Assembly: GCA_030668875.1 (NCBI GenBank)
Contig: DAOVER010000060.1
Coordinates: 1-15,742 of the forward strand
DNA: 15,742 nt
Direction of reading: 5' to 3'
Source of the DNA: Candidatus Heimdallarchaeota archaeon
GTDB lineage: Archaea; Asgardarchaeota; Heimdallarchaeia; Heimdallarchaeales; Heimdallarchaeaceae
The translations under genes and the position numbers were made by a program. How positions within the stretch are numbered: the stretch's first letter is position 1; every line of letters starts with the position of its first letter. Below, piece after piece: positions 14,601 through 15,742 of the stretch. A model generated the notes under the pieces. It did not search any database. It had not been told where the DNA came from and saw nothing but the letters and a program-made list of their open reading frames with translations.

Positions 14601-15742
14601 ATTATAAGCGGCATTAACGTCAGCATTGATCAAGTGACCAGCAGCAGAACGAAACAACCCTCGGTGGATCCTTTTCCCCTTGTACTTCCTACGATAACGG
14701 GGAAATTCATTATCCAGGAAACTGCTCTTAGAGGTGTATTGTTCTGGAATGGTCTCCACCTTTATCCCCTGTTCTGCTCCTTTATATTTTAGCATATCGA
14801 TGATTTTCAAGAAGGGGAGGGTGACGAACATCTGGGTGGTTTTTTTCCAGAAATGTAATCCTTGTTTCCATAGCTTATTGTAGCCTATAATTACTTCATG
14901 GAGCCCTCGGTCGACCCAAAGGTCAACCAGATACTTGGTTAGTTTATGGATAGCATCGTTTAGCTTTCTTCTCCACTTCTCCTTGAGTTTGTAGTAAGCT
15001 GGACCATACTTTAGACGATTATTCGATTGTAGTTGTGCTCGCTGCTGCTGACTATACTGTGTTTGTAGTTTCTTCTGTTCTTTCAAATAATATTGCGTTA
15101 TGGACTTTATTCCTTTCCCTGCATCTTTGATAACAATCGGTCTTCCTCCGAGGTTATCCACGAAAGCGGCAAGGTTGTCCATCCCTAAATCTATCGCTCC
15201 TTTTCTGATCAACTTTTTCCTAAGATTGGGTATACTCTTTAAATAGACGAGTTCAAGGGTGTAGTGAGTTCTCCGTGGAATAACTCTTACTTCTCTTAGC
15301 TCTGCTTGAGCTGTTAGTCTTGTCTTGTAGGTATACTTCACTTTCTTCGGTAACATTAACCATCCAGTGACTATCTTCGCCTGCTGATTGGTGAAGATGG
15401 CTACTACTTCTCCATTCTTCTTTTTGTAGCTAGGTGGCTTAGGCATGGCAAAGAATAGATTAGGGTTCTTCTTCCACTCTTGTTTAGCTCGGAAATAGCT
15501 CTTCCAGGTTCTAGAAAGAAGTTTGAGCGTCTGCTGGGCAACATGAACTGGAAGGACTCTGTAACACTCCTCCTGTTTCAACTGTCTGTCAAGATCATAA
15601 TAAAAGAGAAGTTTGTTTGCTTTTTTCAATTCACTTTTTATCAAAAAATTTGCTCGATTATAGAGATTTTTTGCTTGATGACAGATTCTGCTCAGTGCTG
15701 GATGATACGTCACTTCTATACGTTCTGCACGCAGTACCTTTG
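14433..15742 (-). mobile_element. tnpB element copy 2 (right end in window, left end beyond the window)
   Basis: Nearly full tnpB plus a structured 3' flank. The right boundary is uncertain (14433 by inverted repeat, or about 14415 by RNA stem). Confidence 0.7.
14487..15742 (-). CDS. tnpB: RNA-guided endonuclease TnpB (IS1341-like, rearranged RuvC-II); true start probably 4 nt beyond the window end
   Basis: The frame stays open upstream of the GTG at 15713 (AKVLRAERIEVTY), matching copy 1's MAKVL start. RuvC-I GAIDLG, VIIGYN, PEQYTSK, GKRIHRGLF and RuvC-III NADVNAAYNI. Confidence 0.95.
   Translation of the reverse strand, partial: KVLRAERIEVTYHPALSRICHQAKNLYNRANFLIKSELKKANKLLFYYDLDRQLKQEECYRVLPVHVAQQTLKLLSRTWKSYFRAKQEWKKNPNLFFAMPKPPSYKKKNGEVVAIFTNQQAKIVTGWLMLPKKVKYTYKTRLTAQAELREVRVIPRRTHYTLELVYLKSIPNLRKKLIRKGAIDLGMDNLAAFVDNLGGRPIVIKDAGKGIKSITQYYLKEQKKLQTQYSQQQRAQLQSNNRLKYGPAYYKLKEKWRRKLNDAIHKLTKYLVDLWVDRGLHEVIIGYNKLWKQGLHFWKKTTQMFVTLPFLKIIDMLKYKGAEQGIKVETIPEQYTSKSSFLDNEFPRYRRKYKGKRIHRGLFRSAAGHLINADVNAAYNILIKSDPKALPKRSVNGVGGYVMYPLRVSIEYLRPIS

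Noticed and set aside
14742-14885. Nuclease-dead TnpB (TldR-like) because the canonical Glu is missing
   Set aside because: A compensating Glu lies 47 residues downstream, and both catalytic Asp residues are retained.
1-15742. CRISPR array, tRNA or rRNA genes
   Set aside because: No regularly spaced repeats were seen, and the intergenic gaps are short, AT-rich and lack cloverleaf or rRNA signatures.

Overview
AT-rich archaeal chromosomal segment, most likely from an Asgard archaeon. The evidence is GGTGA-type Shine-Dalgarno motifs, archaeal informational genes and a UEV/ESCRT-I-like gene; Heimdallarchaeia is an inference. The core is housekeeping: a divergent NTPase-fpg pair, then a trimmed exosome superoperon (SBDS-rrp4-rrp41-rrp42-rpl37ae-Brix-pcc1, lacking the usual flanking psmA and pfdB). 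These are followed by an M28/DUF4910 peptidase, an unknown coiled-coil/Pro-rich protein, an Alg7/AglH-type GlcNAc-1-P transferase coupled to a small membrane protein, a Cys-less UEV protein with a Vps23/Vps37-like C-terminus, ABCE1/Rli1 and an SDR. Both ends carry paralogous minus-strand tnpB copies (326/368 nt identical where they overlap), and no tnpA is visible in the window. The most notable observations are: (i) a TnpB with a rearranged RuvC-II site whose element ends appear to be imperfect terminal inverted repeats; (ii) an ESCRT-I-like UEV gene with no ubiquitin/ESCRT cluster around it; (iii) an ABCE1 missing one of its eight Fe-S cysteines. No clearly new multi-gene system can be demonstrated from the sequence alone. 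All family calls come from motif recognition by eye, not from database searches.
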